From assembly GCF_004010195.1 (NCBI RefSeq), contig NC_057718.1, positions 31,233,622 through 31,297,621 of the forward strand: a stretch of 64,000 nucleotides of DNA, given 5' to 3'. Numbering within the stretch: the first letter of the stretch is position 1; each line of letters opens with the position of its first letter. Position numbers and translations under genes: made by a program. The DNA comes from Chiloscyllium plagiosum (Eukaryota). Shown here piece by piece: positions 24,700 through 38,118 of this stretch. The notes below the pieces were generated by a model. It saw only the letters and a list, made by a program, of their open reading frames with translations, searched no databases and was not told the origin of the DNA.

Positions 24700-25228
24700 G
24701 AAGAGGCAGGCCACTAACTGGAAGTGGGTCACTGCCATACATTTATTGACATCACAGGTGAGGTTTGGTGGCAGTTCTAGCAGAATTGGTACTCTGAAAG
24801 CTGAAGTCTGCAGCCAGGAATCTTTGAAATCACTTGATTTATTTGCAGACAACAGTTCGTGATCATTGTGTTTTGAGGAAGTGTGACACTTCAATCTCAT
24901 TAAATGATGATGATGATGGCTCTCATTCTCCTTGTTTCTTCTCCTATAGGTGAAACTGGCTGCTGCAGCCACTAGTTCTAAGGATTCAATATTAACCTCT
25001 GAGCTGGAAGAAGAAACTTCAGAGGGTGCAGCATCACATCCTTATTTCACACCTGCACCAGTGCAGATACATGTAAGTTGGTGCAAGATGCTGGTCATCG
25101 ACTGAGTTATGTGGAGATAAGGCAGAGATTCCAAAGGAGTTGAAGGAGTTGACATGGACATTGGAGGAAATTATCCAGGCCACAAGAGCTCTGAACCGTC
25201 AGAATGCATGTCTTCTCCCATTGAGAGT

Positions 25229-25555
25229 TTAGATTAGATTCGATTACCTACAGTGTGGAAACAGGCCCTTCGGCCCAACAAGTCCACACTGACCCTCCGA
25301 AGAGCAACCCACCCAGACCCATTCATCTACATTTACCCCTGACTAATGTACCTGACACTACAGGCAATTTAGCATGGCCAATTCACCTGACCTGCACATC
25401 TTTGGACTGTGGGAGGAAACCGGAGCACCCGGAGGAAACCCATGCAGACACGAAGAGAATGTGCAAACTGCACACAGACAGTTGCCTGAGATGGGAATTA
25501 AACCTGTTTCCCTGGCGCTGTGAGGTAGCAGCACTAACCACTGAGCTACCTCGCC
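25229..25555 (-). mobile_element. HE1 SINE
   Basis: Reverse-complement match to the 455-726 consensus, with tRNA head and taatctaa tail. Confidence 0.9.
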
Positions 25556-26309
25556 GTGGATGGATGACTATCATTGGAGAGCCAAATCTAGGTGTTCCCT
25601 TATGGGATACCAGGTATCTGTTCCAACCTGCACTCCAATAACTTTTCTCTGAGCTCTGGTGTCCAGAGCCAGGTGGATAATTGGAAGAGGAGCTTGGAGT
25701 CTTATTAGGTCCTGGTGCCTCTCAGGAAAGCAGTGAGAGAGAAGTGGAGGTCCTACAGCAGCAGCCACCATAGGGCATCTATAATGAGGACAGCTTCTCC
25801 TCCACCCCGTTGCTTTGGACACAAATGTCTGAGTGCCACAGGTACAGACAACCCTCCTGCCGTTGTGCAGCAGACTCCCACCATATGTCAAACTTGGTCT
25901 CAGGCAACCAGAGGATGCCCACCATAGCCTTTCCAGGCAAAGGGAGATCAGGGTTAGCACAGCTTGGTGGTGATGGGGAGAAGCATGCCATAGCACCTAC
26001 AAAGAGTTTGAGAAAACCACTCTGTCATGCATAATTCACATGACTAATACTTTAGCAGTTTTGATGTGAAATGTCTTGACTTATTTCTTAGTAAGTAGCT
26101 GTTCCTTACATTTGCAGCTCCAGATACATCAATGCTTAATGTGTATGATGAGCCGGTTATGATGGTTTGTCTCAACTCTTACAGGAATATGTGCTCGTGT
26201 AGGCTCCTCAAATTGATATTTACACCATGAATGGGCATCCCTGGTTGATGAATGGGAGATACCAAGAGAAAGTGAGGGCTAATAAAATGGTCTTGTGGAT
26301 CAACATACA

Positions 26310-26610
26310 GATTTTTAATTAAATCTTTGCATCATAATTGAATGCGGTGCCTTCCTGGCACCCAGAGCATTCTGTACACCAGCGTGTGCAGCTGTCTGGT
26401 GTGGTTCAGTTCCTTCTTCCTCGGAGCCATTCTCATAACTCTCTTGAGAATGGAGTTCCATGAGACTTCCCTTTTCTGGAGCATCAGATTGTCCAAGGCA
26501 CAGTATATCATGACTGAAAATGGGACTTGAGCAGAAGAGTTGTGGCACAAACATTGAAATCTCATTTTCAGCAGACCAATAGTTCTCATTTGCCTCTCAT
26601 ATACCTACTG
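26310..26610 (-). pseudogene. PIF/Harbinger transposase C-terminal remnant
   Basis: RTIGLLKMRFQCL...YCALDNL followed by an acidic stretch (EEEGTE), matching the HARBI1-like ERTIGLLKMRFRCL...CALHN pattern. Confidence 0.75.
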
Positions 26611-26699
26611 ATAGAGGAGGTATAATGTGTGGTTTTTGAAGTGAGGTCATTCACCAACTCTCATGGTATCCACCGTCACCCAGAAGCCAAGAGTCCAAA

Positions 26700-27420
26700 G
26701 ATTCCTCTTCACAAAATTGTCAATCTTAATTGGTGGGGAGGATGCCAAAATTGACTCAGACTACTCAAGCAGCAGTCTGACATTATCATACTCAAGGAAT
26801 TATACCTCGCAAGCAATGTCCCAGAAACCATCATCACCATCCCTGGAAATGTACTACAATCGGTTAGAAGCTGGAAAACTTGCAACAAGTGGCTCACCTT
26901 CTGACTCCCCAAAGTCCATGATCTACATGGCACGAGTCAAGAGTGTGAAGGAATACTTCCCACTTGCCTGATGGGTGCAGTTCCAATAACAGTCAAAATG
27001 CTTGACACCATCCAGGACAAAGTTGCCCACTTAATTGGCATTATATTCACTCCAGCACTCTCACTCAGTAGCAGTAGTGTATAACATCTACAAGATGCGC
27101 TGCAGAAATGCATCAAGATTATTTAGATGCCTTTCAACCTACAGACCACTACCATCAAGAAGGGCAAGCATTACATGGGAACAGCACCACGTGCCAGAGC
27201 ATTTCACAAACCTCTTGGAGATATGTTGTTCCTTCAGTGACGCTGAGTCAAAAGCTTGGAACTCCCTCCCTAATGGCATTTTGGGAATGCCAACAGCACA
27301 TGGACTGGAAAAGTTCAAGGAGGCAATTTACTACCATGTTTTTGGGGGCAACTAGGAATGGGTAATAAATGCTGGCCAGTGGGAGCCAGTGCCACCCACA
27401 ATGAATGAGTGAATAAAAAA
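26700..27420 (+). mobile_element. CR1/L2-class LINE 3' fragment (second family)
   Basis: IYMARVKSVKEYFPLA; LDTIQDK; tail ccacaatgaatgagtgaataaaaaa. Confidence 0.75.
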
Positions 27421-29017
27421 ACCTATTGGTTTATAAACAAACAAGTTGAATTGCCATTTAATCACATCATGCTGATTTTAACCATAAGCAGGACAGCAGC
27501 AATCCTGATTGCTCGTTGTAAAATTCACCACCATGTCTCTGCTCACACTTAAGTCGTCTCTAGCTGCAGGAATGTTGAAAATTTTTGAAGCCATTTCCTT
27601 TTTAAGGAAGAATGAGTGGAAACATATCAAAATTGTTTGGAGAGAATTCTAAAAAGAAAACATGTGAAAGCTAAAATATGTTGTCTTCCCTAGTAAAGCC
27701 AAAAATCCACTAGTTCAGAGGATAATCTAACAAAATTAGCAGATGGAACTGCCGGTCACAAAAAAGATGATGCTGAAGACTGTTCCACAGTACATATATT
27801 GGTCACTGAGCTGTAGGTCCACATGTCATTGGCATGCATATGGAAGCTCATATTGTTGTTCCTGATCAAGTTGTCATAGGGTAGTAATCAAGAATGTGAA
27901 TGCTTAAGGGGGTGTAATGACTATATTGGGATAGGTAGGATTTATATCTCCTATTAACACCTCCAGCTTTGCATTTGTAAATAATTGAAGCTTGTTGTTT
28001 ACAATGACTTAATGTGTTAATGCTTTGAAATGCATGGCAGACTTTGCACCTTCTTTTCAGTACTTCCTTCTCTTTATTGATCATTGATTTTGAATTTTGC
28101 TGAAGAATCAGTTATGTTGCATTTAGCTTAAATGCAGTTTAGAAATATAAGATTGGGGTTTTCAAATGAAAGAAATGGTAGCACAACCAGGAACACATGA
28201 TAGTTGCAGTTTTTTTAGATGTAAAAAAGGTTGCTGTCATCAAAGGTCTTTTGGACAGTAATAACTGTAATTATGTGAATTGCTAGTCAAGCTTTGCCAT
28301 GTTATTTACCAAGCCTTTGCATAGTAATTTACTGTTGGCTGTAAGTTAAACAACCAAGTTAAAAATTTGATGGACTCATTTAAGTCCAAAAGCTAACAAC
28401 TGGAAATGAACCACTTGACTTTTTTCAAAGAGAATGACCTTATTTTTCCATGCAGCAAAGGGCAAATGGCTAATTTATCATAAGATATAAAGCATATTTT
28501 ATGCAAATGAACTTGTATATTTTAATTAAATAATTTTAAAGAGAAACAGGTACATGGACTTGAGAGAGAAAATAATATTAAGAGCAAGTCTTAGTGTTTG
28601 GCTCAAATGTACCACAAAATCAAAAATAAAGAAGACAATTATCAAATATATTTAAAAATGCTGGAAAGAAATAATGGTAACATTAACATTTGCAGTAAAT
28701 GTTGAAGAAGTGAGTATTATCCACTAAAACATTGGAACATGCCCTAGAAACAGATTAATATTTTATTACTATTCTTTTCCTACATTATAATTAACTACAT
28801 TTCATTTGACTATGAAGTATTTAGCATTTGCTCAGGTCCTGAAAGACATTCTATAAATGCAGATCTTTCTTCAAATACCGATTATTTTTAGGCTTATCAT
28901 GCATCATTATGGATTTTCTTGACACCTCTGAGTAGATCCAATGACTCATCAGACTGAAAATTTTCTGATGATTTTCCATATAATTTTGACTGAATTATTT
29001 CTGAAATGCTGTTCTGA

Positions 29018-29770
29018 AGAGTCATAGAGTCATAAAGCACAGGTACAGACCCTTCGCTCCAACTAGTATATGTGGACCATAATCCTAAGCTAAATGGTCC
29101 CACCTTCCTGTGCTTGGCCCATATCACTCCAAATATTTCTCATTCATGTACTTCTCCAAATGTCTTTTAAATGTTGTAACTGTACCTGCATCCACCATTT
29201 TCTCTGGAAGTTCATTCCACACATGAACTACCCTCTGTTTAAAACAAATTCCCCTCATCTCTTTGTAAAGTCTTTCTCATGTCACCTTAAAAATATGCAG
29301 CCTAGTCTTAAACTCCCCTACTCTAGGGAAAAGACACCTGCTTTTCACCTAATCTATGCCCCTCATGATTTTGTAAACCTCTATAAGGCCACCTCTTAAC
29401 CCTTTGCTCCACTTAAAAAACTCCTGGCCTACCCAGCCCCTCTTTATAACTCACTCTCCATTCCCACCAACATTCTGGTAAATATCTTCTGAACCCTCTC
29501 CAGCTTAAGAATATCCTTCCTTTAACAGGGAGACCGGAACTGGACACAATACTCAAGAAGAGGCTTCACCACTGTCCTGTACAATCTCAAAACATCCCAA
29601 CTCTGAACAATGAAGACAAACGTGCTAAACACCTTCTTACCTATCTAATTTATATGTGATGTAAATGTCAAAGAACTATGTACCTTAACCCCTAGGTCTC
29701 TCTAGTTTCTCTAGATACTACAACAGTACCCAAGGCCCTACTTGCCTTTATTTTGTTTTACCAAAATGCA
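29018..29770 (-). mobile_element. HER1 LINE 3' fragment, older
   Basis: agagtcatagagtcata tail followed by the antisense ORF2 C-terminus. Confidence 0.85.
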
Positions 29771-30034
29771 GGACTCAAAGCAGGCTTGAAAAGACAAATC
29801 TGTTCCTTTTTCCACAGGTGCTGCCAGATATACTGAGATTCTACAGAATTTTCCGTTTTTATTTCAGATCTCCAGCATCCTCTGTATTTTGCTTTTATTC
29901 GGTTGCAAGCAACACTATGCATGTAGTGAAAACCTGCTGAAGAATGTAAGGCAGGAAGACCTTAGCATCAATCTGAGCCTGCCAATATCTTTTCTACACT
30001 CTGAACATATGTTCTGCAGCTAAAAGGACTCCTA

Positions 30035-33000
30035 ATAAGAACATAAGAACTAGGAGTAGGAGTAGGCCGTCCGGCCCTTCAAGCCCGCTCAGCCAGTCAA
30101 TAAGATCATGGCTGATCTTTTCGTTGACTTAGATTCATTTACCCACACTCTCACCATATCCCTTAATTTCTTTATTGTTCAAAAAATATCTATTTTTGCT
30201 TTAAAAATGTTTACTGGAGTAGCTTCAACTACTTCACTGGGCCATGAATTCCATAAATTAACAACCCTCTGGGTGAAGAAGTTCCTTCTCAATTCAGTCC
30301 TAAATCTGCTCCCTCTACATACTATAATCTTGAGGCTATGCTCTCTTGTCCTAGTTTCACCTGCCAGTGGAAACATCCTCTCCACTTCTACCTTATCCAT
30401 TCCCTTCATAATTTTATATATTCCTAAAAAATCCCCCCCTTATTCTCCTAAATTCCAATGAATATAATCACAGTCTACTCAGTCTGTCCTCATTAGTCAA
30501 TCCCCTCAAATCTGGAATCAACCTAATGAACCTCATCTGCACCCCCTCCAGTGCCAGCGCATCTTATCTCAAGTAAGGAGACTAAAATTGCACACAGTAC
30601 TCTAGGTGTGGCCTCACTAGCATCTTGTAGAGCTGCAAAATAACCTCTCTGCTTTTAAACTCAATCCTTTTAGCAATGAAGGATAAAATTCCATTTGCCT
30701 TCCTAATTAGTTCTTGTACCTACAGGCAACCTTCTGTGATTCACGCACAAGGACACCCTGGTCCCTTTGCATAGCAGCATGCTGCAACTTTTTATCATTC
30801 AAGTAATAATCCTTTTTACTGTTACTCCTACCAAAATGGATGACTTCACATTTAATAACATTGTATTCCATCTGCGGGATCTTTGCCCACTCACTCAATA
30901 TATCTATGTTCCTCTACAAAGTTCCACAGTCCTTTGCACACTTTGATCTGCCAACCATCTTAGTGGTCCCAAACTCCAAATGATCTATATAAATTGTGAA
31001 TAATTGTAGTCCTAACACTGATCTCTGAGGCATACCAGTAGTCACTGATTGCCATCCAGAACAGCATTCATTTATCCCCATTCTTTGCTTTTTGTTAGTT
31101 AACTAATCCTCTATCCATGTTAATAGTTTACCCTTAAAGCCATGCATCCTTATCTTATGTAGCATCCTCTTGTGCGGCAGCTTGTTGAAAGCCATTTGGA
31201 AATCTAGGTGCACCACATCCATTGGGCCCCGGTGTCCACCGTGCTTGTAATATCTTCATAGAATTCCAAAAGATTTGTCAAGCATGACCTGCCCTTCATG
31301 AACCCATGCTGCGTCTGCCCAACTGGACAATTTCTATCGAGATGCCCTTCTATTTCTTCCTTGATAATAGATTCAAGCATCTTCCCCATACAGAGGTTAA
31401 GCTAACCGGTCTATAATTCCCCACCTTGGGTCTACCTCCCTTTTTAACAGTGGCATCACATTTGCTGTTTTCCAATCTGCTGGGACTGCTCCAGAGTCCA
31501 GCGAATTTTAGAAAATTACCACCAGTGCACTTGCTATTTTTCTTCCACCTCTTTTAGTACCCAGGGATGCATTCCATCAGGGCCAGGAGACTTGTCTATC
31601 CTTAGCTCCGTTAGCTTGTCTAACACTACCTCTTCCGTAATAATGATTATTTCCAGGTCCTCACCTACTTATGTCTGTTTGTCAATTATTGGCATGTTAT
31701 TAGTGTTCTCCATCATGAAGACTGACTCAAAATACCTATTCAATGCCTTGGCCATTTTATCATATCCCATTACTAAATGCCACTTATCATCCTCTGAAGG
31801 ACCAACTTTTACTTTCGCCACTCTTTTCTTTTTATATATTTATAGTAGCTTTTGCTATCCATCTTTATATTCTGTGTTAGGTTTTTCTCATGTTCTATCT
31901 CACTTTTCTTTATAGCTCTTTCTGTGGCTTTCTGCTGACCTTTAAAGTTTTCCCAATCTTCTAGTTTCATGCTGTTCTTGGCCACTTTGTATGCCTTCTC
32001 TTTCAATTTGATAGACTCCCTTATTTCCTTAGACACCTACGGCAGATTTCCCCTTTTCTTACAGTCCTTCCTTTGCACTGGAATACACTTTTGCTGAGCG
32101 CTTTGAAAAATTGTTTTGAATGTCCTCCACTGCTCGTCAGCTGTTCCACCATAAAATCTTTGTTTCCAATCTACTTTAGCTAAATCCTCCCTCATTCTAT
32201 TGTAATCTCCCTTGTTTAAGCACAGGACCCTAGTATTGGATTTTATCTTCACACTCTCTATCTGTATTCTAAATTCAACCATACTGTGATCACTCCTTCC
32301 AAGAGGATCCCTAACTATGAAGTCATTAATTATTCCTGTCTCATTACACAAGACCTGATCGAGGATAGCTTGCTCCCTCACCAGTTCCATTACATACTGC
32401 TCAAGAAAACTATCATTCAACGAACTCCTCCCCAAGGCTACCCTGACTGAGCTGGTTCAATCAATATATACATAGATTAAAATCCCTCATGATAATTGCT
32501 ATACCATTTTTACAGGCATTAGCTATTTCTTTGTTTATTGCCCATCCAATGTGATGTTATAATTTGGTGGCTGAAAGACAATGCCCATCTGTGACTTTTG
32601 CTTCTTAAAATTTCTAATTTCCACCCAATTGCATTCAACCTCATTGTCCAGAGAGCCGATATCATCTCTGGCACCACTCTGACGTCGACCTTGAATGTCA
32701 GAGCAACACCACCTCCCTTACCTTCCTGTCTGTCCTTCTGAATAGTCTGGTACAATTAGATATTTAACTCCCAGTCATGATCGTGACCATCCTGTAACCA
32801 TGTCTCCATAATGGCTACCAAATCATATTCATTCATGATGATATCTACTGTTAACTCACCAATCTTGTTACGACTGCTACGACCATTCAGATAAAGTGCC
32901 TTTATGCTAGCTTTCTTACTCTCATGATTTCCAACATCTCTAATAATATCTCCTGAGTCATCCTTCCTTTTTACTTCTTTCATAATCTGCCTTGAACTTA

Positions 33001-34200
33001 AACCCTCCTGCACACATGCTAACCTGCTGCTTATCTTTTTATTTACCATCATACTTTCTGTCACTTTCCCTTTGCCTTTCCTCTTAAAGTCCTAGTGACC
33101 ACCCTACTTATTCTTTTCTCTAGAACACTGGTTCCAGTGGATACTGTCCCATCAGTGCAGATCCCCACCCCAGTTCCAAAACTGATGCCAATGCCCCATG
33201 AAATGGAACTCCTCTTTCCCACACCACTCCCTTTGCCACATGTTTACTTTCTTAATTTTCTTATTCCTAAACCAATTTGCATGTGGCTCAGGCAGTGACC
33301 TGGAGATTATGACCCTTGAGGACCTGTTCCTTAATTTTGTCCCCAATACTTGATAATCCCCAAGCAGATCCTCCATTGCCTATGTTGCTAGTCCCAATGT
33401 GGACCACAATAACCGGATCCTACCCCTCCCACTTCAATATCGTTTCAAGCCGGTCAGAGAGGTCCTGCACCTACCACTTGTGTTTTTGCTGCCCCCTCCT
33501 GAATGGCCATCTGCACCATGATGCCATGGTCAACTGGCTCATCCTCCCCACAACCCTTTTCCACATCCAGACAGGGAGCAAACATCATAGACCATTCCTG
33601 AACTCAGGATCCCTCTACCTGCCTTACTTGCAATCACACCCTGTTGTCCTTGATCCCTAACTGAATTTGAATTACCTAATCTACCGGTGTGACTGTCTCC
33701 TGAAACAAAGCATCTAGGTAACTCTCCCCCTCCCACATGGTCCACAGTGTTTGAAGCTCAGATTCCAGATCATCAACTTTGAGCCAGAGTTCTTCCAGCA
33801 ACCAACACTTGCAGAGATGTGGTCACTGCTGTTCACAATGGGATCAGCCAACTCCCACATTGTGCAGCTACAGAGCATCATCTGCCCAACCATCTCTACT
33901 TAGTTAATTTCTTTATTACTTTATATAAATTTGTGAGTTAAATAATACTTCTCTGCTATGGTCTTTTTTCAAATAACCAATGCATAGATAAGTAAAAAAA
34001 GAAAGTAAATTTTTAAACAATCACATGATACAGAAGAAATAGAAAAGCCTTACCTTATCAATACACCACAGAGTCCATTTGTTTGGTTAGAGGAAGAGGG
34101 TGGATGGGAGACACTACATGTATAGACGCTACTGCCCAAATATATCTCCTGCTCCTGCTGTGAAATGAAGACTGCTGATACTCGAGGTAAGCCCTTTAAG
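30035..34200 (-). mobile_element. Near full-length decayed CR1 LINE (ORF1 zinc finger/esterase plus ORF2 EN-RT)
   Basis: taagaacataagaac tail; QHGFMKGRSCLTNLLEFYE; EN LGRSDHSMVEF and AIMETWLQ; ORF1 VIIS..PEPHANWFRN..WCGKEEFHFMGHWHQFW..DLH and CSC.MWEL..KCWLLEEL. Confidence 0.9.
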
Positions 34201-34203
34201 CCC

Positions 34204-34910
34204 CTTGCAGATGACACCAAAATTGGAGGTGTAGTGTACAGCGAAGAGGGTTACCTCCGATTACAACAGGATCTTGACCAGACGGGCCAATGGGCTGAGA
34301 AATGGAAGATGGAGTTTAATTCAGATATATGCAAGGTGCTGCATTTTGGGAAAGCAAATCTTAGCAGGACTTATGCACTTAATGGTAAGGTCCTAGTGAG
34401 TGTTGCTGAACAAACAGACCTTGGAGTGCAAGTTCATAGCTCCTTAAAAGTGGAGTCGCAGGTAGATAGGATAGTGAAGAAGGCGTTTGGTATGCTTTCT
34501 TTTATTTGGTCAGAGTATTGAGTACAGGGGTTGGGAGGTCATGTTGTGGTTGTACAGGACATTGGTTAGGCCACTGTTGGAATATTGCGTGCAATTCTGG
34601 TCTCCTTCCTATCGGAAAGATGTTGTGAAACTTGAAAGGGTTCAGAAAAGATTTACAAGGATGTTGCCAGGGTTGGAGGATGAGGGTGGTACGTGTATGG
34701 AATGAGCTGCCAGAGGAAGTGGTGGAGTCTGGTACAATTACAACATTGAAGAGGCATTTGGATGGGTATATGAATAGGAAGGGTTTGGGGGGGATATGGG
34801 CCGGGTGCTGGCAGGTGGGACTAGATTGGGTTGGGATATCTGGTCGGCATGGACGGGTTGGACCGAAGGGTCTGTTTGCATGCTGTACATCTCTATGACT
34901 CTATGACTCT
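34204..34910 (+). mobile_element. HER1 LINE 3' fragment with internal deletion at ~34681
   Basis: ADDTKIGG...LEYCVQFW...PGLED jumps directly to RVVRVWNELP. Confidence 0.9.
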
Positions 34911-36130
34911 AAGAGGGAAATTTTCCTTCCAGGCAGCACCCTGGTCCTCGCTGTCGCCTCTTCCGCTCCTCCTGAAAAATAAGTGCTCCCCATCAGCACT
35001 TATTAAAACTATTTAACTACTTACACATTAATTGCTGGTTGATTTCTTTTAGCTGTGATTCTAGAGGCATGTAATGCGTCCTCTGATTGTCGTAAAGTTC
35101 TCCAATGATATGACAGGAGGAGAAGTAAGGGAACAAGTGTACTTGACAAAAGGCCATATTCACCTGAATAATCCTCACTGATGTGCTGGTCAAAGACCTG
35201 CTCCTTGAGCAATGAGGCAGATATCTGCATTTTAAGGAAGATGTCCTCATTGAAATTTGCCAATTGCCTCAGATATAACTGGTAAAGATGGGCTTTAAGC
35301 CTTGTGTGAATCCTAGGGAAAAATTGGTGCTGGAGTCAGATTTCTCCAGGTTCATTAAAATTATCTACAGGCTTTCTTTTAAACTAACCAATGTATCAAA
35401 TATTTTGTTGTTCATTTCAATCAGTTTTCTTTTGTGGATCGATCTTATTGATCTCATCATCTGAGTCCTCTCCAGCAGAATCAAGGAATGATTTCATGTG
35501 CATTTAAGTGGGAACTGGCATTATCCTTGTCCCCTGCCTGGCTGAACCCATCTGAACTAGGCATCTAATCAAGTAGAGATTTTATTCTTCTCATCTATCC
35601 CTCAAGATAAACTATCAGCATTTGAATTGGGTGTAAAGTCAAGTGATGGTGCAATGTCTTCATATTCACCGTATATTCTTACTATTCCTCAATGCTTAGC
35701 CAGATTTCTTCTCATTCAGATTTCTTCTGAAAGGTAAAAGTACAGGAGAAATGTTGTAGTGGCTTAAGAGAGAAGCAAGTAAGTGATGCAGGCTTACTCC
35801 AATTGTAACATGTAAGTTAGATGATGGCTTGGTTTGAGGTATTGTGGGGTACGACGAGGAAAATTAGATGTGAGGATGCCATCATCTTTGCTGCTTTCTG
35901 CCACACTGCTAGCCATCTCAGCATAACCACAACCATTCTATTCAATTTCACTTTGCTTGGCAGAACAGGGTTTCAAGAATTTTCCAGCGTATTTCTGTAA
36001 CTATACTTTGGAACGTCATAATGATTTTCCTGAATTCTATTAGATGTCCTCCCTCTTTCTAAATGAAGGCCTCTATAGATCCAATCAGTTTATATCAGGT
36101 GAATTGGAATAGACTACAATCATTGACTTG

Positions 36131-36320
36131 ATTTGAGATGGCGGTGTTGGACTAGGGTATACAAAGTTAAAAATCACACAACACCAGGTTATAGTCCAAC
36201 AGCTTTCGGAGTGCCGCTCCTTTATCAGGTGGAAATTGGACAACCACCTGATGAAGGAGTGGTGCTAGTGCTTCCAATTAAACCTGTTGGACTATAATCT
36301 GGTGTTGTGTGATTTTTAAC
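36131..36320. mobile_element. PLE-derived fold-back mini-element (family B), both hammerheads damaged
   Basis: Arms gttaaaaatcacacaacaccaggttatagtccaacag / ctgttggactataatctggtgttgtgtgatttttaac; TSD atcattgacttg at 36119-36130 and 36321-36332. Confidence 0.85.
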
Positions 36321-36564
36321 ATCATTGACTTGTGATTTGAAATGAATTCTGTAATCAGATATTTGAGTAAAGGCAATGCTCAATTTTTTTGTTCATCACA
36401 TTTGATGGAAAATAACTCACTGTACATATTATAATAAACATCCCTTTACAACTGCAGAGAAATGTAATATTATGCCAGGAAATGCTACTTTGTCATAAAT
36501 GGCCAAAGAAATTCTTCAGCGATGTAGACATTAAACATAATGTCCTTATGCATTGTGTATCACA

Positions 36565-37155
36565 GATAATATGAAATTTAGTGCGGTGATAAATAGTGAG
36601 GAGGACAGCATTAGATTACTGGAAGATATAGATGGGCTAATCAGTGGCAAGTGTAATTTAATTTGGATAAGTGTGAGGCACTGCAGTAGGGCAGGACAAA
36701 CAAGGCAAGGGAATACATGATGAACAGTAGAACTGTGAGAAGCATCAAGGTTCAGAGGGACCTTGCTGTGCATGTCCATTGATCCCTTGATAGCATGACA
36801 GGTAAATGAAGTAGTTAAGAAGGTTAATGTCTTTATTAGCTGAAGTGTAGAGTTTAAGAGCAACTGTATATAATGTTGGTTAGTCTGCAGCCAGAGTATT
36901 GTGCGCAGTTCTGGAAACCATGTTACAAGAGAGATATGATTGCACTCAGAGGTGCAGAGGAGATTTACCAGCATGATGCCTTGGCTGGTGAGTTTTAGTG
37001 ATGCAGAGAAATTGGATAGACTGAGGTTGCTTTCCTTGGAGCAGAGGGTAGACATGACTGAGATGTATAAAACTATGAGGGGTGTGAATAGGGTAAACAG
37101 AAATGAACTTCTCCCCTTGTCGAACCAATGACCAGGGGCATAGATTTAAGGAAAA
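36565..37155 (+). mobile_element. Old CR1 LINE fragment
   Basis: Decayed ORF2 C-terminus (EVQRRFTSMMP..LDRLRLLSLEQR). Confidence 0.8.
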
Positions 37156-37269
37156 GTCTAGGTACGTCTGTGACAGGTGGAATTTTAACTTTGATTTTGA
37201 CTGCTTTGCCTATTTTGATTTAATTTTGCCATTTTTGTTAATCTGATTTTGTATCAATGTATTTGTATT

Positions 37270-37588
37270 TCCAGGGAAAATAGCCTCAGTCTATTCAGCT
37301 TCTCCTTATAGCTCAAACCCTCTAACCTTGGCAACATCTTTGTAAATCTTTTCTGAACCCTTACAAGTTTCACAACATCTTTTCTATAGCAGCAAGACCA
37401 GAACAGCATTCAGTATTCCAGTAGTGGCCTAACCAATGTTCTGTACAGCCACAACATGATGTTCCAACTGCTGCACACAATGCACAGACCTTGGAGTACA
37501 GGTTCGTAATTCATTGAAAGTGGAGTCACAGGTAGCTAGGATAGTGAAGAAAGCATTTGACATGCTTGCCTTTATTGGTCAGAGTATT
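37270..37588. mobile_element. HER1 fragment with 5' inversion (37270-37480 minus, 37482-37588 plus)
   Basis: Two pieces adjacent in the HER1 consensus lie head to head. Confidence 0.7.
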
Positions 37589-37849
37589 CACATTTTTTAT
37601 AAATCTAATCTCACACAACATCACTCCACTGTTCCCAGACTACATTGGTTCTTGGTTAACTTAAGCAATATATCAATTTTAATATTCTAATCTTTCTTTT
37701 CAAGTTCTTCCATGTATTTTGGTGTCCCTATTCTTGTAATCCTCTTGAGCCTGTAAGATATTTGCATTCCTCTATTGAGGATCCACTTTTTGTGGCTGTG
37801 TATATGTCCTAAGCTCTGCAATTTCTTCCCTAAACTTCTCGACTATTCT

Positions 37850-38118
37850 ACGTGTCTGTGTGGATTTCCTTCCCACAGACCAAAGATGTGCAGGTCAGGT
37901 GGATTGGCCATGCTAAATTGCCACAATGGGCAATTTAGCATGGCCAATCCACCTGACCTGCACATGGATATGCAGGCTAGATGGATCACCCCTGGGAAAT
38001 ATAGGGTCACGGGCTTAGGGTAGGGGGTGGGTCTGGGTGTGATGCTCTTTGGATGGCCGGCGCGGACTCAATGGGATAAATGGCCTGCTTCCACACTGTA
38101 TGGATTCTATGATGCTAT
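37850..38118 (+). mobile_element. 5'-truncated HE1 SINE with internal inverted duplication
   Basis: V-domain and HER1 tail; perfect 37-bp inverted repeat at 37886-37965. Confidence 0.85.

Noticed and set aside
35790..36070. Minus-strand peptide with a YDVP motif
   Set aside because: The frame closes shortly after, and splice signals are poor; likely chance
36200..36270. Functional hammerheads in the 36.2-kb, 8.7-kb and 60.2-kb copies
   Set aside because: Essential core nucleotides are mutated or deleted, so they are not called as ncRNA
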